From positions 1 through 41,232 of the forward strand of contig VGKK01000001.1 in assembly GCA_016867095.1 (NCBI GenBank): a stretch of DNA of 41,232 bases, given 5' to 3'. This DNA comes from Candidatus Omnitrophota bacterium. GTDB lineage: Bacteria; Omnitrophota; Gorgyraeia; Gygaellales; Profunditerraquicolaceae. The notes beneath the pieces are model-generated. The model did no database searches. It was not told the DNA's origin and was given only the letters and a program-made list of their open reading frames with translations. Positions 7,944-16,886 of the stretch are shown here, one piece after another. How positions within the stretch are numbered: position 1 is the stretch's first letter; every line of letters starts with the position of its first letter. A program made the position numbers and the translations under genes.

Positions 7944-10181
7944 TCAAGACTTTTTTAACGCTGTTAATTCTGTAATAATATTGCCTGCCCAGCGGTATAC
8001 ATTATTCTCGGTGATGATCCTACGCATATTTTCCATGCGCTTCTTCTTTTCATCTATCGGCATTTCTAAAGTAAGTTTTATGGCCTGCGTAAATTCCTCA
8101 ATTGCATAAGGGTTAAATTGAACCGCATCGGTTAATTCTCTGGCTGCGCCTGTAAACTGGCTTAAGATAAGCGCCCCGGCTAAATCTCTCTTGGATGCTA
8201 CATATTCCTTTGCAACGAGATTCATCCCGTCGTGTAAGGAGCTGACTATGCAAAAATCCGCCATTTTGTAGAAAGGTTTGATCTCTTCTGCGGAGAAATG
8301 CTTTTTAAGGTAAATAATCGGCTTCCATGCTCCATCCATATGCTTCCAGTTTTTCTTCTCCACCAACTCATCAATTTCTGACATAAGGTCATGGTAGCGT
8401 TTTATATGGATACGGCTAGGAGCGGCGAGCTGCATAAATACTACTTTTTTCTTATATTCTGGATATTTCTCAAAAAATCTGTCAATCGCAAGCACCCTTT
8501 CGATGATACCCTTGGTATAATCAATCCTGTCTACTCCGATGCCGATAATCTTATCCTCTAAGTCAAGCTCGCTCTTAATCGCCTCTATCTGTTTTGTTAA
8601 ATCCTTTTCCATAATATTGCCAGTCATATACCCGTTGACGCTGATCGGAAAAGCTCTTATAAAAGTTTCTTTATCAAGGCGTACGACACTGAATTTCTCA
8701 GTGTCCACTCTTGACTCAAGAAGCCTATTCGCCGTATCCAAGAAATTATTGCAATGGCTTTGCACATGAAAACCTATCAAATCGCAGCCAAGCATACCAT
8801 CTAAGATCTCTTTTCGATAAGGACATATTAAGAACGATTCAGGCGTAGGCCAGGGGATATGCCAGAATAAAGCGATGGTAGCGTCAGGCCGTTTTTCCTT
8901 AATTATTCTGCCTAATAATGTAAAATGATAATCCTGAATAAATACAAAAGGATTCTTTGCAGGCAACTCCGCTAACACGCCATCAGCAAATTTCTGGTTT
9001 ACCTTTTTATAGATTTCCCAATCCGCTTCTCTAAAAATAGGCCGGGTGTGCGTATTGTGGCAAAGTGGCCACAAGCCCTCATTAGCAAAGCCATAATAAT
9101 AGCCGTCCTCCTCTTCTTTGCTAAGCCATATTCTTTTAAGGATATAGCGGTTGTCTTCCGGAGGGACTCCGAGCTTATCCTTTGAGTTAACAAATTTTCT
9201 ATCGGCATTGCCTGCGCCATGAGCAATCCACGTTCCTCCGCAGGCGCATAGAATGGGGTGCAGGGCTGTAACAACTCCACTTGCCGGTGTTATGCATCTA
9301 GCGGCGCCTGTCGTCTCGTCTATAACATGCATATATGGCTCTCTATTTGAGACCACAAATAACGCATTTTCGCCAAGCTTGGCATGGACTACATCCCTTA
9401 GCTTAATCTCTGTCCAGGTTTCTTCTTTTTCTAAACGCACTTGAGCTTCATCGGAAATCGTCCTTCGCTTAACCCTAAGGCTCAATGCCACCTGCTCAAC
9501 CTCGCTGGCAAGCTTGCCTAATTCGCCTTTTTCTTTAACAGGGTGTGCCTCATCAGTCTCGCCTTTTTGGAAATGCTGAAACCATTCTGTCAGTCGCTGG
9601 ACAGGAAGAGCGAAAATCTGCTTGTGGAGAAAAACTGCTATAATAAAAATTATTATTACCAGAATTATAAGCGTCGCGCTAATTCTCTTCCATATCTCCG
9701 TTAACCGGGTTAACACATAAGAAGTATCGTAAATAACTTCAACTAGGCCCAACACTTGCCCTTCGTCATCTGTAACCGGAAGAATGTAGCTATAAACCGT
9801 ATGGTCTTTAAATTTCTCCAGTTCGCCTCTGGGATTTTTGCTTGATAAAATGTCGTTTAAATATGGCTTGTCTTTTTCTTTCCAATCATTAAAGCGCTTG
9901 GTAATAGCGATAATATTTCCATCCTTGTCATATAAAACGCACCCCTGCAGTCTTTCCCGCGCCTCAAATTTTTCGACAAGGTAATTGGCGTTCCGCATGT
10001 CTTTCGAGACAAAAACTCCCCTGGTAGATAATTCCATAGCCTCTGCGACATGTTTAGATTTACGTTTTAAATCATCAATGAGCTTATCTTCTTCGAAGCG
10101 GACTTGAAAATAACCAAAAAGGGTAAAAGCTCCCGCAACGACTATCAAAATTGGTAAAATAAATAGAAAAATTCTTCTCAT
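7944..10181 (-). CDS. otsA: membrane sensor-HAMP domain fused to trehalose-6-phosphate synthase (GT20)
   Basis: 745 aa. Residues ~4-25 and ~167-186 are hydrophobic TM segments bracketing a ~140-aa extracytoplasmic domain. A HAMP-like linker follows (LPVQRLTEWFQHF...GELGKLASEVEQVALSL). From ~residue 260 on there are GT20 blocks: VVSNREPY, NEGLWPLCH, FIQDYHF, LFWHIPWP, SSLHDGMNLVAKEY. Confidence 0.85.
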   Translation of the reverse strand: MRRIFLFILPILIVVAGAFTLFGYFQVRFEEDKLIDDLKRKSKHVAEAMELSTRGVFVSKDMRNANYLVEKFEARERLQGCVLYDKDGNIIAITKRFNDWKEKDKPYLNDILSSKNPRGELEKFKDHTVYSYILPVTDDEGQVLGLVEVIYDTSYVLTRLTEIWKRISATLIILVIIIFIIAVFLHKQIFALPVQRLTEWFQHFQKGETDEAHPVKEKGELGKLASEVEQVALSLRVKRRTISDEAQVRLEKEETWTEIKLRDVVHAKLGENALFVVSNREPYMHVIDETTGAARCITPASGVVTALHPILCACGGTWIAHGAGNADRKFVNSKDKLGVPPEDNRYILKRIWLSKEEEDGYYYGFANEGLWPLCHNTHTRPIFREADWEIYKKVNQKFADGVLAELPAKNPFVFIQDYHFTLLGRIIKEKRPDATIALFWHIPWPTPESFLICPYRKEILDGMLGCDLIGFHVQSHCNNFLDTANRLLESRVDTEKFSVVRLDKETFIRAFPISVNGYMTGNIMEKDLTKQIEAIKSELDLEDKIIGIGVDRIDYTKGIIERVLAIDRFFEKYPEYKKKVVFMQLAAPSRIHIKRYHDLMSEIDELVEKKNWKHMDGAWKPIIYLKKHFSAEEIKPFYKMADFCIVSSLHDGMNLVAKEYVASKRDLAGALILSQFTGAARELTDAVQFNPYAIEEFTQAIKLTLEMPIDEKKKRMENMRRIITENNVYRWAGNIITELTALKKS

Positions 10182-10208
10182 TTTTGAGCCTTGCTAAAAA
10201 TAATCAAT

Positions 10209-10361
10209 ATGCTGTCTCCGGGCTTCGTCGAAAACATGAGGATATGCGACGACCAGGAAAAGCTGAAAATCTTCACCGGCCGACGGCTCCTGCAGATTTC
10301 CCGCCTTAGAACCGAGCGAGAACGCCGAAACGAGATCGAACGGCTGTTGCCAAAGACCTAA
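10209..10361 (+). pseudogene. remnant of a paralog of ORF 4685..5170 (C-terminal 50 codons only)
   Basis: My translation is MLSPGFVENMRICDDQEKLKIFTGRRLLQISRLRTERERRNEIERLLPKT*. It aligns with LPPDFVKNMESCNDENMLKIFNGRRLLRISRLKTDKERRNEIERLSLKD*. A 23-nt core is identical (5129-5151 = 10320-10342). Confidence 0.65.
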
Positions 10362-10440
10362 CTTCCGCCCCTTTGGCGCCCCTTAACCCCGATTGTCAAC
10401 CACTTGCCCCAATAGTCAAATAACCTTATGTTCATACTAC

Positions 10441-10610
10441 GCGAACGATTAGTTCACGATTTATGAACGCCTAATCGCCAACCAATCGCCACAATCGCCA
10501 AGTAACGACGCGTTTGGCGCGTTTATGGCGCCTTTGTGTCCGAAATGTCCGATATATGTCCGTTATAGCAAATCCCGCATTAATCGCGCAAATCACGCAC
10601 TAACCGGACA
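10441..10610. repeat. ladder of short words, each repeated 2-3 times at 9-11-bp phasing
   Basis: AATCGCCA occurs at 10473, 10484 and 10493. TGGCGC occurs at 10515 and 10526. TGTCCG occurs at 10537, 10546 and 10557. AATCNCGCA occurs at 10571, 10582 and 10591. CGGACA (reverse complement of TGTCCG) is at 10605. Confidence 0.7.
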
Positions 10611-11960
10611 CTTCCCAATGCCCGCCCTTATCAGGACCAATGCGTTTAATGACGTCTTTATTTTTTAACGCATCTAAATGCTTACGGACAGCTGACTCAT
10701 TTATTTTTAATCGATCTGCAAGCTCCTTCCTAGATATCGATGGATTCTGTCTAATTAAATCCAAGACGACTGCTTGCCTGGCAGTGATTTTCTGGCCACC
10801 TTTTCTGGCCACCTTTTCTGGCCACCTTCCTCTAATCCTTTTCCTTCTTCCCATCTTGGCCGATAAAAAACCACTTCAAAACCAGTTTTGAGCCGTTTGA
10901 ACTCAACTTTAACTCCGGCAGCAACACATTCATCGTGAATACGCTTGATGCCGCTGCCCCAGCGTTCGATGTCTTTGGATTTATACATTGTTTCAGCAAT
11001 TAAAGAATTGCGTAAAATTGATTTCTCGTGTCCGGTAAAGAAATCCTCCGGATTAACTTCCTTAGGAAAAAGTCCGGGATTGTAGATTTCGATACGATCT
11101 TTAAAGATAGCCACTTCGTTACCTTTGGGGTTCTCGAAATCCCGATGGCAGAGTGAATTTCCGATTGCTTCCGAAATCGCCCGCACAGGGATTTATGGAA
11201 TTTCTTTTCGGCGGCTTTCGCTTAAATCTGCGCGCCATCTTATATTTCCATTAACATAGACCTCTGTCTGCTGGCGCAAGCTAAAGAGATTTCCCTTAAA
11301 CGATTTGATATCCAGAAACGTCAGTTTGTCTGTCCCGGCAAATATCGCAGCCTGAACTTCCAGGGGATTGTCATCGCAAAACAAAACTTCTGCTGCGCGT
11401 AATAGATGATTGCCTTCCAAAAGGTGCAGTTTATGCAATGTCGTCTTTACGTCAATAAACTCAAAATCCACGCGTTTGGTCGTCTTTGCCTTACGCATAA
11501 ATTCCTTAACCGCTTCTTCGTTGACATCGGCAAGGGTCTTTTCGGATACTCCTTTATCCCAGAGGAACTTCCCCTTCTCCAATATCCGCTCTTCAAGCTT
11601 CTGCGGACTCATAGCTTTATCCGATTCTCCGACGCGTATATACGCCCGGCCATAGGCAAAGTAAGGGCCGTTATTTCCCTTGGCCTCTACAACAATACAA
11701 TCTTTCCCATCAATTTTACGCGCCTCTACTTTCGGATAAATCTTTGGCTCCGTATTATCCACCACCGCCTGGGTCACATCCTTTATCGTCATTCGCCCGA
11801 TAGTCACCCCCAAAACCTTGCCACTACGGTCATCAATGCCAAAATATACCTCTCCATGACCATGCTTATTAAGCATGGCGGCAATGGAGATCACCGCTTC
11901 TTTAAGCTCTGCGGTAGATTTCTTAAACTCAACAGTTTCGGATTCTTTATGAACCATCAA
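10600..11960 (-). pseudogene. AlbA_2 (Schlafen-like) / HATPase_c_4 / winged-HTH regulator, disrupted by an in-frame TAA and a repeat-induced frameshift
   Basis: Three consecutive ORF pieces cover it. 11193..11960 is the AlbA_2-like part (ESETVEFKKS...). 10755..11186 is the ATPase-like part (AISEAIGNSLCHRDF...), in the same frame and separated from the first piece only by TAA at 11193-11195. 10600..10854 is the wHTH part (LDLIRQNPSISRKELADRLKINESAVRKHLDALKNKDVIKRIG), in a different frame. The frame switch occurs inside the 13-bp x3 repeat. Confidence 0.7.
10788..10826. repeat. perfect tandem repeat, 13 bp x 3 (TTTTCTGGCCACC)
   Basis: Read directly: three identical units at 10788-10800, 10801-10813 and 10814-10826. 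Translated on the minus strand they give GGQKRWPEKVARK, the same 13-mer in all three phases. Confidence 0.95.
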
Positions 11961-12024
11961 ATCTCCTATTATTGTTTATTTCCGTCACTTTCAGCTAACC
12001 TGTATTGCTTTCTCGAGTCAATGC

Positions 12025-13135
12025 AAATTTTAGTTGAGATTGAGAATTCCCTCCGCATTAGCTCACCCGCAATTTTCAGGGGTAGTAATATGTATACCCG
12101 CCCCGAGATCGTTGCTTGTAGTGCTTCCTAATGCCTGAATTTTCTGGCGTTTTGTTATTTCCTGCTGAAGTTGCGCACGTAGAAGTTTTAGATATCTATA
12201 TCCCCGCATTTTCTGTAAGCGCGGCTCAAGCGCCAAGAGTCCGCTAGCAGCCCAACGCTGAATGTGTGAGCCGCCTCGCCATCTATCCACCTTGTCGGTG
12301 TATTGGCCTAACTGCGCCATCACTGATTCAATACAATTTGTAGTAGATAGGCCCTTGCCTAATTCGGCATATACCCCAAGCCTATGAAGAGATAGTGTTT
12401 CTTCCAGGCCTTCTTTAAGGCTTGCCTCTGCAGAGGGATTGATATTATGCAATTCGGCAGAGAGCTTTTCAAGCGCCCGCAGCGCTGCTTCGTATTTGGC
12501 CTGCCGCAAGGCAGCGCGCAACTTTGCGCGCCAGACCATCTGTAGCCCTTTAGGCAGGTAGCTGACTACATTCTCGATCTTGTGATAATGGCAGCGGTGA
12601 ATGAATCCGCAGAGAGGAAAAACTTCTTCTGACTCCCGGTATTTGTGGGTGCTTAAGCCGTTGAGTAATTTCTTAAAGACCTGCTCATCGCTTTGATAGG
12701 GCTCCTGGAACCTCTGGTAATGCTCCAGCGGAACCTCAATGTTACGCAATTTATTCCTGACCCGCGGCACCATTATGGGGACTTTTTGATCCTTCAGGTA
12801 CACCGAACCGCCTTGTGAACCCCAACGCACATTTTCTTTACCGTGCTGGCGTTTTTCTCCTGCAAGCGCAAGGACCTCTGCCTGTAATTTTTCGTTTACC
12901 GCCTTGAGCCCTTCGGGTATAAGCGCTTGAATTAACGCAACCCTTACGTCAATATCTTGAATCTCTCCTAGCTCCAGCATCTGCTTTAACGCTTGCCTGC
13001 GTTCCCTAACTTTTACCTTCCATTTCCGCCGCTTTCTTGGTATACTCTCCATAGGCCCTCCTTCCTTTAGTAAAATGGTTCTTCCAATATACCCATTTTA
13101 CGGAGGGCCTCCTTAAATCTCAACTAATTTTAGCA
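12025..13135 (-). mobile_element. degenerate IS256-like (Mutator-type) insertion sequence with imperfect terminal inverted repeats
   Basis: The left end is AAATTTTAGTTGAGATTGAGAATTCCCTCCGC (12025-12056). The reverse complement of the right end (13101-13135) is GCTAAAATTAGTTGAGATTTAAGGAGGCCCTCCG. They share TAGTTGAGATT and CCCTCCG blocks. The ends enclose the transposase-like ORF. Confidence 0.6.
12063..13052 (-). pseudogene. IS256-family transposase, internally deleted (catalytic core apparently missing)
   Basis: 329 aa. The C-terminal half has the IS256 signature: RCHYHKIENVVSYLPK ... NPSAEASLKEGLEETLSLHRLG ... LSTTNCIESVMAQL ... VDRWRG. The segment between the N-terminal region (LNGLSTHKYRE) and RCHYHK, which in full-length relatives carries the first catalytic Asp residues, is only ~15 aa. 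Confidence 0.6.
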
Positions 13136-13164
13136 TAGCTTCGGAAATATCATTTTTCAGAAGT

Positions 13165-14883
13165 TTAAAGTATTGAATTAAGCAATATCCCAACCCCTAA
13201 TGCGACTACTAACATAATGATGGTGCTTCTAAGCGTATCCTTTATCCCGATTTCTCTTATTAAAACCATATAAGTAGCAATGCAGGGAAAATAAAGCGAT
13301 AATATTGTAGAGCCGATTACGAGTTGTTTTGTAGTTAGATTAAGGGGCCCGAGCATACCCACAGCAACATCCTTTCTTAAAAAACCGACTATCAAAGCAG
13401 AAATGGCTTCTTTAGGAAGCCCCCAAAGGTTAGTTAAAACCGGAGCGAAGATATAAGCAAAAAAATCTATAATCTTTAAAGTATAAAGTATATTCACAAA
13501 AAGCACACCCAAAAGCACTAAAGGTAAGGCCTCCTTTAAAAAACCCGATAAACGCATCCAGAGTTTTTTCGTTACAGCAGTAACCTGCGGGATCCTATAG
13601 GGAGGAATTTCCACTAAAATCTCCGGGCTTGTGCCTTTTAAAAATCTGTTTAAAACTAAACCCTTAATTATTAAAAGGAGAAAAAGAATCAAAAATATGA
13701 GTACTACATATTTTCCGCCCCTTTGCCCTACCAAGCCTACAATCATCGCGATTTGCGCCATGCAGGGGACGCCTATTGCCAACAAAGTAGCCGCAATAAA
13801 TTTCTCGCGCCGTTCTTCTAAAATGCGGGTAGCTAAGACACCTGGAACCTTACAGCCTAATCCCAAAATAAAAGGAATTATCGCGTAACCATGAAGGCCC
13901 AGGTGATGCATAAAATTATCCATTAGCACTGCCAAGCGCGGCAAATACCCAAAATCCTCTAAAAGCCCTAATATTAAATAAAAACTAAGTATGTAAGGCA
14001 GCACCATAGCAATAGGAACATAAAGCCCAGTGGTTAAAAGCCCAAACGACTGGCTAAAATCTATTTTACCTTCTATAAGATTGCCGATGAGGATATGGTG
14101 CAAAAAACTCCCCTCGCCTAAAAGCGTGCTTAGCTTCATTAACAAAGGCAGCCATAATTTTGTAAACAGAGGCTCAAATATATGGCCTATTAGACCCTCG
14201 CCAATAAAACGAACTACCCAAAAAGCACAGTAGATAATTCCAAGAGCAATAGGCAGCCCTGTAAGCGGCTTAATACTTAAATCTTCCAATATTTCTAATA
14301 GCGTATGGTGGCGGTGAGTTAATTTTTGGACTTCTTCTACAATCTTGCCTATTTTTTCCCATTTTTGGGCATCGGAAGATACAGGCAAACTCCTCGCCTT
14401 TGCTTGCGGTAAACGCTCAATCAATTCCTTAATCCCCTCTCCGCTTAGACCGCAAGTAGGGACTACCGGCACTCCTAATTGCTCCTCTAATTTCTTAACG
14501 TCGATAGAGATTCCTCGGTGTTTGGTATCATCCCACATATTCAAAGCCACGATCACCGGGATATCGTCTTCCAGCAATTGCAGGGTAAGATGCAGGTTCC
14601 TCTCTAAATTTGTGGCATCAACAATATTAATTGCGACGCCGCCCTCTTTTACCATCCGACAAGCTACGTCTTCAGCTTTACATGTCGGCTCTAAAGTATA
14701 GGTTCCCGGCACGTCTACGATCAGCGCTGTCTCCTCACCAAGTTTCAGCTTGCCTTGCGTAAACTCTACAGTTGTTCCGGGATAATTAGAGATTATGACC
14801 TTTGCTCCGGTAAGCCTCGAGAATATTGCGCTTTTGCCGACATTGGGGTTCCCCACTAATAAAATCTTTTCTATATTATTCAT
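13165..14883 (-). CDS. feoB: ferrous iron transporter B
   Basis: 572 aa. N-terminal GTPase with G1 GNPNVGKS and DVPGTYTL, followed by a polytopic membrane domain. Start overlaps the feoA stop. Confidence 0.9.
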   Translation of the reverse strand: MNNIEKILLVGNPNVGKSAIFSRLTGAKVIISNYPGTTVEFTQGKLKLGEETALIVDVPGTYTLEPTCKAEDVACRMVKEGGVAINIVDATNLERNLHLTLQLLEDDIPVIVALNMWDDTKHRGISIDVKKLEEQLGVPVVPTCGLSGEGIKELIERLPQAKARSLPVSSDAQKWEKIGKIVEEVQKLTHRHHTLLEILEDLSIKPLTGLPIALGIIYCAFWVVRFIGEGLIGHIFEPLFTKLWLPLLMKLSTLLGEGSFLHHILIGNLIEGKIDFSQSFGLLTTGLYVPIAMVLPYILSFYLILGLLEDFGYLPRLAVLMDNFMHHLGLHGYAIIPFILGLGCKVPGVLATRILEERREKFIAATLLAIGVPCMAQIAMIVGLVGQRGGKYVVLIFLILFLLLIIKGLVLNRFLKGTSPEILVEIPPYRIPQVTAVTKKLWMRLSGFLKEALPLVLLGVLFVNILYTLKIIDFFAYIFAPVLTNLWGLPKEAISALIVGFLRKDVAVGMLGPLNLTTKQLVIGSTILSLYFPCIATYMVLIREIGIKDTLRSTIIMLVVALGVGILLNSIL

Positions 14884-15113
14884 CTTGCCACTTCCACTAA
14901 GATTCTTTTAGCCATGCCAAAACCGACAGCAATCTGTATATTATCCACTTCTATTGTCTGCGGACCGCGCCGGAAATGCGAGCTTACTTTAGTTATCTTC
15001 TTTTCCGGCCTCACTCCCATACTTTGTAATTTTCTTACAAAGCCCTGGCCGCCCTGAATCTCTCTTACTATTCCGGCTTCTCCCGGCTGCATTTGAGTTA
15101 AATTTATAATCAT
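14880..15113 (-). CDS. feoA: FeoA family protein
   Basis: 77 aa, SH3-like FeoA pattern (LTQMQPGEAGIVREI...LQSMGVRPE). Immediately upstream of feoB. Confidence 0.85.
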   Translation of the reverse strand: MIINLTQMQPGEAGIVREIQGGQGFVRKLQSMGVRPEKKITKVSSHFRRGPQTIEVDNIQIAVGFGMAKRILVEVAR

Positions 15114-15129
15114 GTCTAACCCTCTATCC

Positions 15130-15873
15130 TTAATGAGGCTGAGCTATTTTTAGCCAAAGCATAAGTCCTACACCTAATAAAAAGATTAAGAACGATACGC
15201 TCGCCTTTCTTAAATCCGGCTGTTTATGCAACTCTGGTATTAAGTCGCAGGCAGCAATATAAATAAAGCCTCCCGCTGCTATAGGAAGGAGCGCGCTTGA
15301 AAAACCGCCTACTCGATGAGCAAAATAATAGCCCACAATGGTTCCTAAGATTGCGGTAGCCGCAGAGAGGAAATTAAAAAATAATGCCGTTGATCTGCTA
15401 AACCCGCCGTAGAGCAATACGCCAAAATCTCCTAATTCCTGGGGTATCTCGTGCATAATAATTGCGAAGGTAGTTACAATACCAATGTTAATATCCACCA
15501 CAAAACTAGTGCCTATAATTAGGCCATCGATAAAATTATGTATACCGTCTCCTATAAGATTTAAATAAGTAAAGGCGTGGATTTCACACTTCCCTTCATG
15601 GCAATGCCGCCAGTAAAGGTATTTCTCAAGAATAAAGAAGATGATAAACCCCAAAAGCACCAAGATAAACGGTTTCAAGTAATCATGAGAGTATTCCAAA
15701 GATTCGGGTAAAAGATGCAAGAATGCCCCTCCTAGTAGTCCGCCAGCACTAAAGCCAATAAGCAAAATGAGGATCCGGCTTAACAACTTTTCTTTTAAGA
15801 GAAGGCTAAATATGCCTATTAAAGAAATTAAGCTTACAGCTAAACTTGCGCCAAGCGCCCATAAGAAATTCAT
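15130..15873 (-). CDS. ZIP family divalent metal transporter (ZupT/GufA-like)
   Basis: 247 aa, about 8 hydrophobic segments, HNFIDG and HEIPQELGDF motifs. Confidence 0.85.
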   Translation of the reverse strand: MNFLWALGASLAVSLISLIGIFSLLLKEKLLSRILILLIGFSAGGLLGGAFLHLLPESLEYSHDYLKPFILVLLGFIIFFILEKYLYWRHCHEGKCEIHAFTYLNLIGDGIHNFIDGLIIGTSFVVDINIGIVTTFAIIMHEIPQELGDFGVLLYGGFSRSTALFFNFLSAATAILGTIVGYYFAHRVGGFSSALLPIAAGGFIYIAACDLIPELHKQPDLRKASVSFLIFLLGVGLMLWLKIAQPH

Positions 15874-16496
15874 TTTTGGAAAATCCTCCCTGCGTTTTGA
15901 CAGGCAACTAACACATCTTGATATTTACTTTTTGATCTCTCTGCTTTAAATCCTTTTTGGATGAGATATTTCTCGACATCAAATAAGGTAGTATTATTTA
16001 CTTCATGTTTATTTCCTTCAGCAGCATGGATTTTATCCATAATCAGCAAGCCTTCTTTAGTAAAATCGCTTAAAACAAGTTTTCCTTGGGCGGAAAGTAT
16101 CCGGATAAATTCATCTACCACTTTATAGGGATTTGCAAGATGATGCAGGGTGTTTACCGAGAAAATAATGTCAAAGCTCTTATCTTTAAAACTTAAATGT
16201 TCCCCATTCTCAATACGAAAATCAACAAGGTGGTCTAAACCAAAATACTTTAAGTTTAGCTTAGCAAATCCCTGCTCTTCTTCGGAAATATCAAAGGTAG
16301 TGAATTTGCATCCTTCTTTAGCCAAGGCAAGCGCAAAATGGCCTTTCCCAGTTCCGGCTTCTAATATCTCTCCATAAAGGGGCTGCGCTTGCTCAACAAT
16401 AAAGGATCGCTCTTTATCAACATCATAGCCAAAATTTTTATAGAGAGCTTTTCTTTCTAGATACCTTTTATGGTTCTCGGCAACCGTTTTTTCCAT
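15870..16496 (-). CDS. class I SAM-dependent methyltransferase
   Basis: 208 aa. Motif I ILEAGTGKGHFALALA, acidic loop TTFDIS, and FDIIFSVNTLHHL. Shows 4-nt start/stop overlap with the ZIP gene. Confidence 0.75.
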   Translation of the reverse strand: MEKTVAENHKRYLERKALYKNFGYDVDKERSFIVEQAQPLYGEILEAGTGKGHFALALAKEGCKFTTFDISEEEQGFAKLNLKYFGLDHLVDFRIENGEHLSFKDKSFDIIFSVNTLHHLANPYKVVDEFIRILSAQGKLVLSDFTKEGLLIMDKIHAAEGNKHEVNNTTLFDVEKYLIQKGFKAERSKSKYQDVLVACQNAGRIFQK

Positions 16497-16499
16497 TTC

Positions 16500-16865
16500 T
16501 CAATGACAGTCGTGACTAATGCAGGAATTTTCAACGGTAATTTCTTCCAACTCGCCTTGTTTGTATTTTTTAATTATCTCGAAAACCGTACCAGCAACGG
16601 CTCTGTAAGTTTTTATTCCGCCTTCGTTCAATTTCTGCACAGCCCTCGCCCCCATACCGCCGCATACGACAGCATCAATTTTCCTATTATCTAATGCTCC
16701 CATAGGATGACACATCCCATGTGCATGGTGCTGGTTAGCGTTATCAATCACTTCAAAGCTGTCTTTTTTGCTATCGTAAATGGTAAAGTATGGCGCACTC
16801 CCAAAATGACCGTACACTTTTGCCGCTTTTGCTTCATCTGTTTCTGTGGGTATACAAATTCTCAT
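16500..16865 (-). CDS. NifB/NifX-family (dinitrogenase FeMo-cofactor biosynthesis domain) protein
   Basis: 121 aa. MRICIPT...HFGSAPYFTIYD...DAVVCGGMGARAVQKLNEGGIKTY is the typical small NifX/NifB-C-like fold pattern. Confidence 0.75.
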   Translation of the reverse strand: MRICIPTETDEAKAAKVYGHFGSAPYFTIYDSKKDSFEVIDNANQHHAHGMCHPMGALDNRKIDAVVCGGMGARAVQKLNEGGIKTYRAVAGTVFEIIKKYKQGELEEITVENSCISHDCH

Positions 16866-16886
16866 TTTTCCCTCCCTTAGATTTTG

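Noticed and set aside
7944-10181. Internal same-strand ORFs 8999..9280 and 9857..10051, and the plus-strand ORFs inside otsA
   Set aside because: They are alternative-frame or antisense ORFs fully contained in a CDS with continuous GT20 and sensor signatures. Nothing independent supports them.
11193-11195. Stop-codon reassignment or readthrough of the in-frame TAA in the AlbA_2-type gene
   Set aside because: TAA terminates many well-defined genes in the window (bioF, ymdB, the OFOR beta and delta subunits). The same gene also carries a frameshift, so decay is the simpler explanation.
11406-12131. 241-aa plus-strand ORF (and the overlapping 81-aa ORF at 11410..11655)
   Set aside because: It is antisense to the AlbA_2-type pseudogene and runs into the IS end. 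The translation is low-complexity (L/F/I/R-rich) with no motif or RBS, whereas the minus-strand reading has clear domain signatures.
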